Of a DNA stretch of 64,000 nucleotides, positions 37,701 through 51,025 are shown one piece after another. The stretch lies in NCBI RefSeq assembly GCF_016432865.1, contig NC_067400.1:404984001-405048000 (forward strand), in the 5' to 3' direction. How positions within the stretch are numbered: position 1 is the first letter of the stretch; each line of letters opens with the position of its first letter. The notes under the pieces were generated by a model. The model had not been told where the DNA came from. It saw only the letters and a program-made list of their open reading frames with translations, and made no database searches. This DNA is from Antechinus flavipes (lineage: Eukaryota). The translations under genes and the position numbers were made by a program.

Positions 37701-39685
37701 TCTCTTTTTCTAGGGCTAATTCCAGGATTGAGTGATTCACATCCCCCAAAGGTCTTTAATATTCTTTTTAATGTTCTATAACATGAAACCATGCTAAGAA
37801 TTCAGATCAATTCATATATAGAAAAGCTTTAAATTTGTCTAGTTGAGAATTTCAAAAGCAAAATATATGATTAAAGCTTGATATGGGGATTTAAGAAATA
37901 TAATTAACTGTTTCTGTCTTATTATTGCTAGCTAGAAGTAAAACATAGAATTTCTAAGTTTAAGAGTTTTCAACTTGAAAGATTTTTTCAAATAGTTTAA
38001 AATTAAAATATAAAACCAGAATAGGAATATTGTCCATGTTTAGAACATTTTAGGTACTTAACAAATGTTCACATATTGTGAAGTGGCAGGAAAGACATTG
38101 CTTTGAAGCCTGACTCTTGACATATTCAAGCTGGGTGGTTATGGACCTGCACATAACCTTTCTAAACTTTAGTTTCTTCATCTAATAAAATGCAACAAAA
38201 ACTTCTATAGGACATTTCATAATGCTATTATTAGAATCATTAGAGATGACATATGAAAAAAACACTGCAATCTTTGAAGTGCTATATTTTTTTAATCCAA
38301 AAGCTCAAATTAAGGATGTGACTATGTACTATTGGTTTGAAGTTTAATTCATGTTCACATTTTGCTGTTTTGTGTAGTTAAATCTAATGACCTATAAAAT
38401 TATGTTTTTCTGATCTTCCTAGAATCCCAAAGGAACCTTAATAAGTTGGAAAACTTTTTACTTTGAGCAATTCACTTGGCTCCTGCTCAGTTTACTGATT
38501 AACATTCCTAAGGAGGAGAGGTTGAACTATATCGCTTTTAAGTGCTATCTAACGCTAAATACTATGATGTCCTGACTTATAGCAACTATACTAATGCTGA
38601 TTTCCAACTGCATATTATAGAACTCAATTCTTATCTTCCCACAACTGTTTGTATCCTTATTTCCTAAAAGATGCATATGCAATTTCAATTTTATTTGCAC
38701 TTAAAAGAATATCCAGTTTCTGCAAGTCCATTTAGTCCATAATGGACAGTTTTAAACCACTTAAGCATGTCTGAGAACTTGTCCAAGAAAAACATACAAG
38801 GCAAAGAAGTTGCCACATCTCTACATAAAATTGCTACCATACTGTTCCCTTCTGCATGATTACCATCTCATTAGCTTTTAAACCAATTTGGAAATAATTT
38901 GTTCAAAGTTTAGGCTTAATTAAACTTTATTTAGACTTATAATACTGAGAGTTTATTTTATTTAAACCTTGATTTTCAAACTAGATGGATACAAGATCAG
39001 CATCACTTATTTTGCAAAAGGGAAACTGATCCTTTTATACAACAGTAATTAAGATGAATATGAGTTAACTCAAAAAACTCTTTATGACACTCATTGGAAC
39101 CCAGTATTATTCTAGATTTAGATTTGTATCTTAGGGCAATAGCCATGTTCACTAATCTAAAGAAATTATCTTTTTTCTTCTGCCCACCATCCCATTACTG
39201 TACTACATTGTGGGTAGCTATAATTCTTTCCTCTGTACCAAGTTGCTTCCTTGCCCTAGCCAAAGAATGTTAAATTTGAGGTCAAAGGACTTAGGTTCAA
39301 ATCAACTTGCGTGACCTTAGGCAAATCATATAAATACCCTGGACCTTTGTTTCCTCATGTGAAAATCAGAGGTTTGACTATTTGATCTCTTAAAATCCAT
39401 TCAGCTCTCAACTCTTGATTCTGTGACTATGAAAATTAGATGAGCAGCAGTTTGAGGGAGAGGAGGAGAACTCTCAGGTGATTGTAATAATTAACATTAG
39501 GTGTTACATCAGGTCAAAAAGTCAAGCAGAGAGAGGAAATTCAAATAGCACAGGTGTTAGAACTCATGCCAGGAATCAGCAATAGTACAGGAAAAACCCT
39601 AGCAGGGCAAGAGATCAGAAAGGGAAAGTAAGCAAGGAGGCAGCAAGGTAATATGAATATCCAGAAGTCAGATGAGGCAGGAATT

Positions 39686-39817
39686 NNNNNNNNNNNNNNN
39701 NNNNNNNNNNNNNNNNNNNNNNNNNNNNNNNNNNNNNNNNNNNNNNNNNNNNNNNNNNNNNNNNNNNNNNNNNNNNNNNNNNNNNNNNNNNNNNNNNNNN
39801 NNNNNNNNNNNNNNNNN
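39686..39817. other. Assembly gap (132 N)
   Basis: Run of N in the sequence. Confidence 1.
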
Positions 39818-40030
39818 AGAGAGAGACAAAAAAAAGAGAGAGGCAGAGACAGAAAGAGAGAGAGACAGATAGACAGAAAGAGAGAGAGACAGAAAAATAG
39901 AGAGACGGAAACAGAAAACTAGAGACAGACAGAAACCGAGAGACAAAGACTGAGAGACAGAGTGAGACAGGCAGACTGAGAGAGAGCGAGACAGACTGAG
40001 AGACAGAGCAAAACAGACAGAGACAGAGTC
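39818..40030 (+). repeat. GA-rich low-complexity / degenerate (GA)n(GACA)n tract next to the gap
   Basis: Seen directly in the sequence; likely the cause of the gap. Confidence 0.9.
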
Positions 40031-40095
40031 CTAGGGATAAAAATAAAATCAAACAAAATGTAAATAAGGCAGTTGTGGTGCTTAAGTAATTTAGT

Positions 40096-40332
40096 GGGAC
40101 AGTTAATGGTGCAGTAGATAGAATGCCAGGTCTGAAATCGGAAGACCCAAAATCATGCGTTTAAATCTGACCTCAGATACTTCCTGGTTACGTAACCTTG
40201 GCAAGTCACTTCACCCTATTTGCCTCATTTTCCTTATCTGTAAAATGAACTGAAGAAGTAAATGCAAACCACTTCAGAATCTTTTGTCAAGAAAACCCAA
40301 ATGGAGCCAGGAAGAGTCAGACATAATTGAAC
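40096..40332 (+). mobile_element. MAR1-type SINE
   Basis: ggtgcagtagatagaatgccagg...aagtcacttcaccctatttgcctc...ctgtaaaatgaactg...gtcaagaaaaccccaaatgg...agagtcagacataattgaacaa. Confidence 0.85.
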
Positions 40333-41469
40333 AATACCGTGTGAAAGGGAGTGGTATACATATAATGGGAATACTATGGGGGTGGTCAAAAAATTCAAAG
40401 GAAACCTCACTCTTGGCAAACAGACAAAAAAACTCACCCATAAGAAACCAGAGTAGTGTCAGGACTGGACTCTAAGGTTTCCATGAAGAGAAGACAGAGA
40501 TAATGATGAGTGCCAGAAGTTTGCTGTATAACTAGAGCTCCAGACAAAAGATGTCCAGAGTTCAAGGTCCAAATTTAAGAACTCTCCGATCTACAGAAGT
40601 TAAATGGATAAGATGATAAAGTAAAATATAAAATGTAGTGATCAACAAAAAAAAATCTATTTGTTCAAATATAACTCTTTTAAGCTGTGTGGCTTTAAGA
40701 AAGTTATTTAATCTCTATTACTGGTTTATAAAAAAATTATAAAATATCTTACTAGCAGGTATAAATCTTAACTAATAACAAGGTCAAGAAGTATTGATAT
40801 TAAAAGATATTTTAGAGACAATTCTCCATCTCCTAAATTCATATATATAATAAATATCAAAGAAAGGATTCAGGCCTAGACCTTCCAACTCCAATATAAT
40901 ATTGAGGAAGAAGAGATATGGAATTTTTATAAAACTTTAAGATTTTACAATGTGTTTAGGCATAATGTTTCATTTATTCTTTCTGTTCCATCCCTGTCAT
41001 ACTATTGCTTGGGCAAATTTATGAAAACTTCTACATGAGCAGGGATTTAAACCCTAGACCCTTAGATTAAACATGTGATGTCCTTACAATTGAGTGATCC
41101 AGAAGCCTTCATAAAGCTAGATGATACTTTATTCCTTACAAGCTTTACAATTCTAAGTACTATCCAGCAAAGAATAGATTAAAGCACCAGAGTAGAGAAT
41201 ATTTGCTCCCAAGACAGTTTACCCCCAAGCTTTTCTGTGATCTCTGTAATCTAGATTAAGCCTAAAAAGTAGACCCAGATGACTAGAGGCCTATGGTTAT
41301 ATTGAGGATTACATGAGTAAAGTAATATTAGTAATTTCTGATAGGCAAAAATTGATATTTCAGATAATTTACCAAACAGGTATAATTTCTGTATTTATTG
41401 TTAAAAGGAGTTTAATATAAGTGCTAAGGTGTGTTAATACACATTCACAAATATATATAAAAGGGGTAA

Positions 41470-41702
41470 ATAGTCTATAGGGCAAAACCTGGAGTCGGGA
41501 AGACTCATTTTTCTTGAGTTCAAATCTGGCCTCAAACACTTATAGCTCTGTAACTCTGGACAAGTCACTTTACACTGTTTGCTTCAGTTTCTCAATTGGC
41601 AAAATAAGCTACAGAAGGAAATGGAAAGCCACTCCAGTATTTTTGCCAAGAAAACTTAAATGGTTCACACAGAGACAGATACAACTAAAAACAACTGAAC
41701 AA
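41470..41702 (+). mobile_element. MAR1-type SINE
   Basis: ggagtcgggaagactc...gagttcaaatctggcctca...agaaggaaatggaaagccactccagtattttgccaagaaaac...acaactgaacaa. Confidence 0.85.
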
Positions 41703-44700
41703 TATATACACACATCTATAAATATGTTCATAATTTACACATATATGATATATACTATATACAAACATAAATTTGCACAAATGCAATCACACACACACAC
41801 AACTTGGCCTAATATTAGGCCCTGGCTAATAGAAATGACTCTGTGTTTAAGCACTCAGTGATCCACCTCTGTACCAGCAAGTTCCTATGTATACAACTTG
41901 CTTGGCCAACTACATTTTGTTCTAAAAAAAAAAATTGAAGTTACCAAACAATCTGCTTAGCAAATTTCATTTAATGAGATGTGAAAAATTAGCAAAATGT
42001 ACTTATCTCAATATCCTTGTGGTTAATCAGAGGGGTATTGCAATCCAGACCACCCCATCAATTAACAGCTACTAAAGTTCCCCATTCCTCTTAGTCTCTG
42101 TCAGGAACAATAATAACAAGAACAAAGATAAAAGATATGTGGGCTCTTGATCAGGTTATGAGTCTACTGTATCCTAGAGCCATGATCAATGTGTGGCCAC
42201 AGGTCTGAAAGGTGAGGGAGCCATACTTATTCACATTCCTGTGAATAATAAATTGCCTGATGTGGTCCTTTCTGCTATGTTCTTTCTTGGTATCTCTTCA
42301 CCCATGATACTCTCCCTTTCTCTCTCTTTCCCTCCCTCCTTGTCTTCCTTCCAACCTCCCATTTCTATATATAATATATATAATAGTATGACTTTATGAT
42401 ATTAATGTTAATTATTATTAAGTATATGTTAATATATGCTATTATTATATGTTAAATATAATGTTATATTATATATAACATGAATATAGGTTAAACATAA
42501 TATGTTAAGTAATGTTAATATTCAATTTAAAAACTAATTTTAAATAACCATACATTTTAGTTTCTCTTTAAAAGGATGTTTAATTTTGAATTAGCTTCAT
42601 TACTAGATACAAGCAATGTAAAGTAGTAGCTAAAGGGTCAGCCTTGGAATCAAGAACTGATAGCAAGTCTTGCCTCTGATTCTTACTAGCTTTATGACTA
42701 CAGGAAAACCTCTCATCTTCTCAATTTCCCCAGACAACTCTCTTAAGACCATGATTTGCTGATGCACAATCGTGGAACAAATTTCCACACAAGCAGTTCT
42801 GCACCCTGATGAAATTACTGGTTGAGGTTGGGGGTGGAAATCACTAGTCACTTTCTTAATGAGGTAACAGATGTTACTGTTCTTAGTTATCAGTTATAGC
42901 TTTTACCCCCACAGTTCTGGGGTGAAGCTTCATTATCATCACTGTAATTACTAAAGCAGCCACTGGTAATGCACCTGTGCTAAGTGTTATACAAAGTTAA
43001 GTAGACACTGTCCAGATACTTTTTGAAGTTATGCACACAGGAATAAATACCAAAAGTAATGTTTAAATAATGTATAGGCATTTTGCAATTAACTTGTCAT
43101 TAAAGTAGACAAAAAATCATTTTAAAAGAGTATTTAGAAACATGAAGGCTGACTTCCAAGGGCATATCAAATCATAGCTTCAAGGGCATATCAAATCATT
43201 GCCTAGAATTAATAAATCTATTTAGTATACATAATTTGCCTTGTAAAGAGGTTCTAAAAGCCACCGAAAAATTTTTCAGCCCTTTGTCTCTGTTTACACA
43301 GGATAGAAATTTTAATAGGATCATAGACATAGAATTAGAAAGTGCCTTAGAGATCATGTAGGAAAGGGAATACATATTTTTTAGCATCTACTATATGACT
43401 GCCTCTGTACTAATCACTTTAGGAATATTATCTCATTTGATTTTCACAGATGTAAAAACTGAGGCAAACAGCAGATAAGTGACTTATCTAGAGTCACACA
43501 CATAGTAACCATCTGAGACCAATCTAAAATCAAACCTTACTGACTCCAGGATCAACACTTTTGTCTATGGCACCATTTTTTATCTCTGGGTAGATGAGGA
43601 AAAGTGAGGTCCAGAAAAGTTACACAAGTAAATGAAGACTCTGAAACTAAATCCAAAATTTTCTTTCTTGTACCAATATGAATCTTTCCAAAACATTTCA
43701 GTAATAACAATAACTGGCTTTTATACATTTAAGTCAACCAACCAAAATCTTAGCTAAATCACAAATTCTGAGATAAGGACAACAAGCAGGGTCACTATCT
43801 AACTTGGGAAAAGAAGTTCCTAAAAAGGAATAAGAGAAAACTAAAGGAGTGAAGATTGGCAAATGACCATAGAAGTCTTCCAAATCCTATGTCCTTGGAT
43901 CCTTCAAACACAATTGGGATAAAATGGGACTGAAGGAAGAATATATGAGCCCATGTCAAATTTACAAAGTTTGTCCTAAAAATGAACCCCTAATTTTTTT
44001 TAATCATTTCTTTTATAACCATGCAGGTTTATTGCATATTTTCTATAATTAATACAAACATAGATATAAATGTAATTACACTCAAATCTTAATGTCTAGA
44101 TACTATTTATAAGATAGTCTTCATGTTGGTTAATTTTATTTTTCCTTTTAATAACTATATGTTCGTATTTACTGTAATTACCCCTAACCAATATGTATAA
44201 ATTCAATCCATAGCCAAAACAAGGATCTTCATGCCTAGATAGAACTACATGTAGGTTAACATCTCAATGGATCTTTGACCAGACAAATAACGATCCATCC
44301 ACATTTTTTGTCTTGTGCAATTTTTATCTTTTTTCACAGCACAAGATATCTATTCAACATACTAAGAAATCTCCCTCTATATGTGTTTTGATATTTCAAA
44401 GATAGAGATATAGCACTCCATTTGTTTATTTTTATTACAGATGTCCTCAAAAATAAATCCTTTATATTACTGTTGACACATGTATCATTGGAAATGAGAT
44501 GAAGCCTTCTTACACTCATTTTTCTCCTTTTCATTGCCTTCCAGATCACCTATGACTGATTCTTGGGAGACTGTGGTGTTGCAAAATTGTACCTACAAAA
44601 CATCAGTAGGAAATATTTATGTAAGGGAAATGTTTTTGCATGTGCAGTGCTTACCAATTTGGGACCAGAACTAAGCATTGAAGAGTTTCCCAAGAGATGG

Positions 44701-44944
44701 ATACATGGGGACAAAAATAGAGATGGAGACACAGAGAGACGCTAGATAAATTATAGATATAGAGACATATGATAGATGACAGAGGCAGAGAAAGATGATA
44801 GAGATAGATACATGATAGACAATGGGTAATGATAGGGAGGTAAAGGGGGATGATAGAGAAATTAGATATAGTTGAACAGGAAGATAGAAATATATAGATG
44901 TTTTGTTTATTTTGTCATTTTTGTTTGTTTTTTGAAGGAAACTG

Positions 44945-45240
44945 ATGATGACATCATGTGGTGATGACTTGTACATGAATTATATTTAAATGAGAGTCAC
45001 CAGTGTCTCTCTTTCAAAGTCACTGAAGTCCAGTGGCAAGACAAAAATCAAAATGTTGGGTGGATCTAATACATGATCTTGACATCTTGAATGTCTGACC
45101 AAGTTCTTACCTATCCACAGTGCCTGCTTCAGCTGCCTTCAGGACCATAATCAATCCATTCCACTGGAGAAAGTTTTCACATGCTTAGGGTAGATATCCC
45201 CCAACTCATGGGTTTGAAGGTCTATTGGTTAGATAAATAG
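44945..45240 (+). mobile_element. RTE-related marsupial SINE/LINE fragment (WALLSI-like)
   Basis: gacttgtacatgaattatatttaaatgag...gaagtccagtggcaagac...cacagtgcctgcttcagctgccttc...ttcacatgcttagggtagatatccccc resembles recalled marsupial RTE-SINE sequence. Strand uncertain. Confidence 0.55.
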
Positions 45241-45901
45241 GCACTAATGTATTAACTCAATAGATTGACCATTCAACTATATGTTATAGCCTGACTACAA
45301 TTATTTTTGTTCATTTCCTCTTATGTTAAACCCTTTGAAGTAATTATATATTTCATTGAGAGGTGTTTTAATGTGCTTGCATTTGATGCAATATAATACA
45401 ATATCCTCCACAAACAGGAATATATCACTAAGAAAATCCCTCCTCGTTTAGAACTCATATAAGGCATACTCTATGGCATAAATGTATTGCTTGATATTCA
45501 TAATCACTTGGTTGTAAAATAATTACATTTGTGTTCTCTTTGATCCTGGAATCCTATTAAGACAACACATGAAATAAAAAACATAATGGATAGATTGAAT
45601 GTGAGTAATAATTCTCAAAACTGAGTGAACAAGGAAAGCTCTGCACATTCTTTCAATATTATGTTAACATTCAGCTGAATTTGAGATGTCAGTTAAATGC
45701 ATATATTTATTAATTGTCTTAATGGCTCTGGGAAATGTCTCTTTTCAAAATTGTATTGGCCCCAAATCCTAGGGAATGTCAAATCATTTTGCTGGCAAAT
45801 ATATATTTTAAAATTATTGGGTTTCAGATACTGATAATAAATTAATTAAACCATTGATTTTTATACCACTTTATAATTTATAAATCATTTCCCCATTTGT
45901 G

Positions 45902-46148
45902 GCTGTTGTTTCAATCTACCAACTCTTTTAACACCTTTGGGGAGGCGGGGTTCTTACAGAGCTACTGAAATGGTTTGCCATTTTTTTCTCCAGTTCATTT
46001 TACAGATAAGGAAACTGAAGTAAATTGGGTTAAGTGAGTCTTCCAGGGTCACATAACTAGTATGTGTCTGAGGCCAGATTTGAACTCAGGAAGTTGAGTT
46101 TTCCTTATTCTAGACCTGGCATTTTATCCACTGTGCTACCTAGCTACT
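45902..46148 (-). mobile_element. MAR1-type SINE
   Basis: tggtttgccattttttctccagttcattttacagataaggaaactg...agggtcacataactagtatgtgtctgaggccagatttgaactcagg...tccactgtgctacctagct. Confidence 0.85.
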
Positions 46149-47054
46149 CCATATTTCATTTTACATATATGCAATTTTCAGATAAGAAAACTGAGGTTCA
46201 GAGAAGCTAATGATATTCCAATCATTAAAACACAACCAGTAAACAATTGCACTAAGAGTTTAGTACTTTTTCTACTATAATATAATGACTACTAGAGTGG
46301 CAATACAGTGTCACATATATCAGGCTAACCTTGGAATCAGGAAGACCTGGTTTTAAGTCCTAACCCTGACATGCTTTGACTTTGTGACCAAGGACAAGTC
46401 ACTTGAATTCTCAGTGCCCTAGGCATCTCTCCTAAATGATGGTATAGACAGGTCCTCTAACTGTCAGTGGATGAAATTTCCCTAACAAGAATTATGCACA
46501 GCTATGAAATCTCAGGACCAAAAATTAAATTAAATTCAATGGTGACTGCTATTTTTGTTCAGATTTTCTTTCCACCTTTAATTAGTCATGTTTTCTGTAC
46601 CAAAAACGAGAACACAAAATCTGACAAAAGGATGATTTTTATGGATATAATGGGGAAAATTTTTTTAGCTGACCTCCCAGGTGAGATTCTTTATATTTGA
46701 AATAATACAGATAGATGCAAGGTGCAAAGATCAGCAGAAACACTCTAATGTTGGAGAAAGATGAGCAGATAATTATCATAAATGAGATAATATGTGGAAA
46801 GTGCTTTCTAAGCATTAAAGCCTACATAAATGTCAGCCATAATATGTTAAATAGGGGCCATTTAAGATTTTAAGTTTAAAATAAACCACTGTTTCATGCA
46901 AGACTATGGGGGGAAGTAGAGAATAAAATGAAAAACAAGCTTACCAAAGCAATTTTGAGCAGAAACAAAGAAAAACAGAAAAGGAAAAAAAAAAGGAAAT
47001 ATTCTGTTTTAATTTTAAACATGGAAAAATAATAAATTAAATGAAAAAATTCAA

Positions 47055-47240
47055 CTCAGGGTGTTTGGAAATCATTGTTATTTAAAAGTGAAAACCTAGT
47101 GAGAGTGCATCAATAACTAAGTCCAATTTGTTGAAACTCAAAATCTTAACTAGGGATTTGATAAAGCTAGTTTGAACTGGGCTTCAGAGAAACAACTGTT
47201 AAATTTTCACTCTGAGCAATTATACTTCAAAAATTATCAA
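47055..47240 (-). mobile_element. MER63-like hAT (Blackjack-type) fragment
   Basis: gctagtttgaactgggcttcagagaaacaactgttaaattttcactctgagcaattatac resembles the recalled MER63 end and matches the copies at 57510, 62168 and 63570. Confidence 0.5.
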
Positions 47241-48021
47241 TGACTACCAATCATGGCTTTGTTTATTATTTTATTGAGTATCTAGATTTTAAAGAGTTAA
47301 TCCATAATAAATTTAAAAGTGTGAATATATATTTTCCCCCTGAGGAAATTTCAATGTTAAAAATTTATCAACATACTACCATTGCTTTTTTCTATAAGCA
47401 TTGTGTGAATTCAACAGTAATGCAAAAAAAAAAAAAAAAAAAGGCTCAAGGAATGAAGTCCTCACCAAATTGGACACCTGGTAACTGTAGGCTATTAGCA
47501 ATAATAATAAAAATAATAATAATAACAACAACAACTAACATTTACATATCACTTTAAATTTTTTTTTAGTGTGCTTTATATCCATTATCTTATTTTAATC
47601 ACATAATACCCCTTTGGATTTTAAAATACTAACAATCAAGAGAGGAATATATGAACATATTTTAAATAATAATGTGTTGCAAGGTATATATTCTTTCAAT
47701 ATAGTTCTTTTTTGTAATTTCTAATACAGATTTACCTATAAATAGGTTATTATAGATGATACATATATGTGTATGTATTATAATGCATATTACCCTGAAA
47801 TTCATGAGAACTTAGATCTTTAAAGGACTTTGGATATAGTTAATCTACTTCAAGGCCCAGTGAAGTTATTTGCCTCAACTCACATAAGATTCAGAAGTAG
47901 TACTAGAATTGAGGCATCCTTAGTCACAAACCAGAGATTTTCCTTTGTTCTCTAATGTGATATGGATCCATTGAAAGAACACACTGCTATTATTATTTTA
48001 AGCTACTATATTTTTGTTTTC

Positions 48022-48258
48022 TAGTTGTTTTTAGTCAAGATTGACTCTTTGTGACCCCATTTGGGGGTTTTCTTGGCAAAGATATAGGAGTAATTTGCCA
48101 TTTCCTTCTCTAGTTCATTCTATTGATGAGCAAACTGAGGCAAACAAGGTTAAGTGACTGGCCCAGTATCACATCTAATAAATGTTTAAGGCTAGATTTG
48201 AACACAGATTCTTTCTAACTCCAGAACCAGTGCTCCATTCACTGTGACACCAAGCTAT
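48022..48258 (-). mobile_element. MAR1-type SINE
   Basis: gactctttgtgaccccatttgggggttttcttggcaaagata...tttgccatttccttctctag...gaggcaaacaaggttaagtgactggccc. Confidence 0.85.
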
Positions 48259-50369
48259 TACTATATATACTTCTGTTTGAATTCTCTATACATTACTATT
48301 ATACATTTATCATATGTATAATAATAAAGTATTATATAGTTTACTCTGAAGGTCAACAAGTTATCATCCATTCAATGGAATAATAGTGATCTGTTCAATT
48401 ATACTATGTCACCACTCTCACACCCAGGAAATAAGTTCTACCATAATAGGCTGTTTTAATTATCCCATTAAGAGTTTGGTCTCTAAACATATATAAATAA
48501 GACTTCAAGACTTTTCAAGTTGAAAAGCTAAAGGAGGATTAATCAGATAACATTTCAGAAGTGGGAGATAATATGTTAATCCATACCACAAGTGAATCTC
48601 ACAGATTATCTAGTCAGACTAACTCACCTCAAAAACTACAGTTCTTCTCCATCTGCATATCTTTCCCCCTCTCTTCTTCCCTTCCATCCTCTGCTTCCTT
48701 TGTGTCTTTCCGATCCATGATATTTCTCTCACTGTACCTGTCAATTTTTCTTTCTTCAACTTTTTCTTTCTATTACTTCTCTCTCTTCTCATCTCCTTTT
48801 CCTTCCAAGTTAACTAATCATAATATTAAAGTTATATTTTATTTATACTTTATTATTTATATAATAAAGCATCATATCCTCTATTTCTAATTTTAAAATA
48901 GGTGACTTCTACATTTCATATTTCTCCAAGGAGAACAAAAACTAAATTAATTTGCTTTTTAATGTGTCATGATTTTTTTCCCCTGTGGGACTTCAACAGA
49001 GAATAGATTTCCCACCCTCTATCTTAAATGAATGAAAGCATTACTGCTATACTCAATTCTAGGGCATAAAATATAGCATTCATCAAAAAGAATATCTTTT
49101 CTATCCTTTTCCTCTGTGGCCCATATGTAGTTGTTAATGAATCTTTACTTACTAGACATGAGCTAGCATAAAATTTTCCCCTGATTTAAGTTAATTCCTA
49201 TTTCAGTATCTATACCTGGACTTTCAGATGTAAAATCAAACAAAAAATATGAAACCCAAATACAGTTTAATTAGGAAATTATTTTTATTTCTTGTTTTGA
49301 CAAGCCTCTTAGTAATTGGGAGAATATTAGTAACTTGCTTTGTATTTGTATATGGTCAGGTGGATGTACTATCAACTGTAACAAGTCACGATGGCCTTCC
49401 TCTCCCAAGCTTAAGCAGAACATACCTGTTCTTTTGGTTCTAGGAACCCCGAGGAACTTGAGGGAGTTCATTTTCTACTTCCTCTAGCTTGAGCCCCCAC
49501 TATTGGTCTTTCCCCACCCTAATGTTCAGATCCAATGATTACTGCCCTGATTCCATTTAGCCACTTAACATCTATTAGACTTTACAAAGGGATACTTAGT
49601 TCAAAGTTATAGCAAGAATAAGCATACTTACATTTCTCCCCAACACAGTAACCTTGGGTCCAACAATTTCACATGCAAATATAGCATGAATGCCAGATGA
49701 GTTCTCATCTCAACTACCACTAGACTGGATCCTGCAGGTCACTAGTAAAAGTTACTCCTTGCACCTGTTGCTGAAATGATTGTGAGCCTAAGTCATGTGG
49801 CTTGCACCCTTGCTCACCTGATCAGAACCTTGAACCCTTTCACCTAAACATCAGAAACCAAGGCCTCTTTCTTAGGGTACATAGCCTCAAAAGAAAGTTC
49901 CAAGTCTTGTTTCTTTATAGCATTATTTCTAACCAGATGCTGCAAACAAAACAGTCTGAACAAAAACAAAACAGTTGAAATGTTTAGGTCCTCGAGTCTG
50001 TCTCAGAAACTTAAGACTTCAAAAAACTTCCCCTTTGCTACATGGTTAGGAGACTAAGACAAGTTATAAACCATATCTGTATGCTCCAAAAACGTTTAAA
50101 GGTACTTCTCTCATACATCATCATGACTATCTTAGATGTAGACTCTCCATGCGAGGAGATAATATCCAAGGTGCTCAGCATATGCTGCCCTCTTACACAA
50201 ATAATGAAAGTAATGACATCTTAACAAGAACATATTACCATGATTGACAGCTGCTGTAAGATATAGCACAGGTTTGTTTTTTGTAATAAAATTGAGAGCA
50301 TTTTGACATTAGCAGACAAGGATTTTGCAAGGCACTAGAAGCTGCTTTTTCAAAGAAATATATTTTCTT

Positions 50370-51025
50370 TTTTTTCAAATTTAATCTTATTTTTTCCAAT
50401 TATATGGAAGGATAGTTTTCAGCATTCATTTTTATAACACTTTGAGTTCCAAATTTTCTTCTCCCTCCACTCCACTTTCTCCAAGAAAGTGAATCATCCA
50501 ACATGTTTCACATGTACAATCATATCAAATATATTTCCACATTAGTCATGTTGTAGAAGAATTATAACAAAAGGGGAAAATCAAAAGATAGAAAAAACAA
50601 AAAGGAAAGTGAAAATAGTATGCTTCAATCTGCTATAATTCTTTCTTTGTATATGAATAGCATTTTCCATCATGAGTCTTTTAAAATTTTCTTAGTCATT
50701 GTATTACTGAAAAAAACTAAGCTCTGTTCACTTCACTCAGCATTGGTTCTTGTAAATCTTTCCAGGTTTTTTCTGAAATCCTTATCATCTGAAATGCTTA
50801 TAATTTCTTATAGCACAATAGTATTCCATTATAGTCATGTACTACTTGTTTAGTCATTCCCCAACTGATGGACATTCCCTCAGTTTCCAATTCTTTACCA
50901 CCACAAAGAGCTGCCATATATATTTTTGTAGATGTGGGTGGATCCTTTCTCTTCATTTATGATCTCTTTGGGATACAGATCCAATAATGGTATTGCTGGA
51001 TCAAAGGATTTGCACAATTTTATGA
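50370..51025 (-). mobile_element. Old L1 3' fragment (ORF2 end and 3'UTR)
   Basis: Poly-T/3'UTR at 50370, then cattccccaactgatggacattccctcagtttccaattc (reverse of NWKLRECPSVGE) and ttgctggatcaaagg (reverse of PFDPA). Confidence 0.85.

Noticed and set aside
39681-39686. GAATT immediately before the gap as an EcoRI-related scaffolding junction
   Set aside because: A 5-mer match is expected by chance, and the adjacent GA repeat explains the gap.
39615-40052. Long ORFs spanning 39.6-40.0 kb
   Set aside because: Artefacts of the N gap and the GA-rich repeat.
49230-49900. Possible LTR or ERV fragment
   Set aside because: GC-richer and non-coding, but no diagnostic termini or motifs were found.
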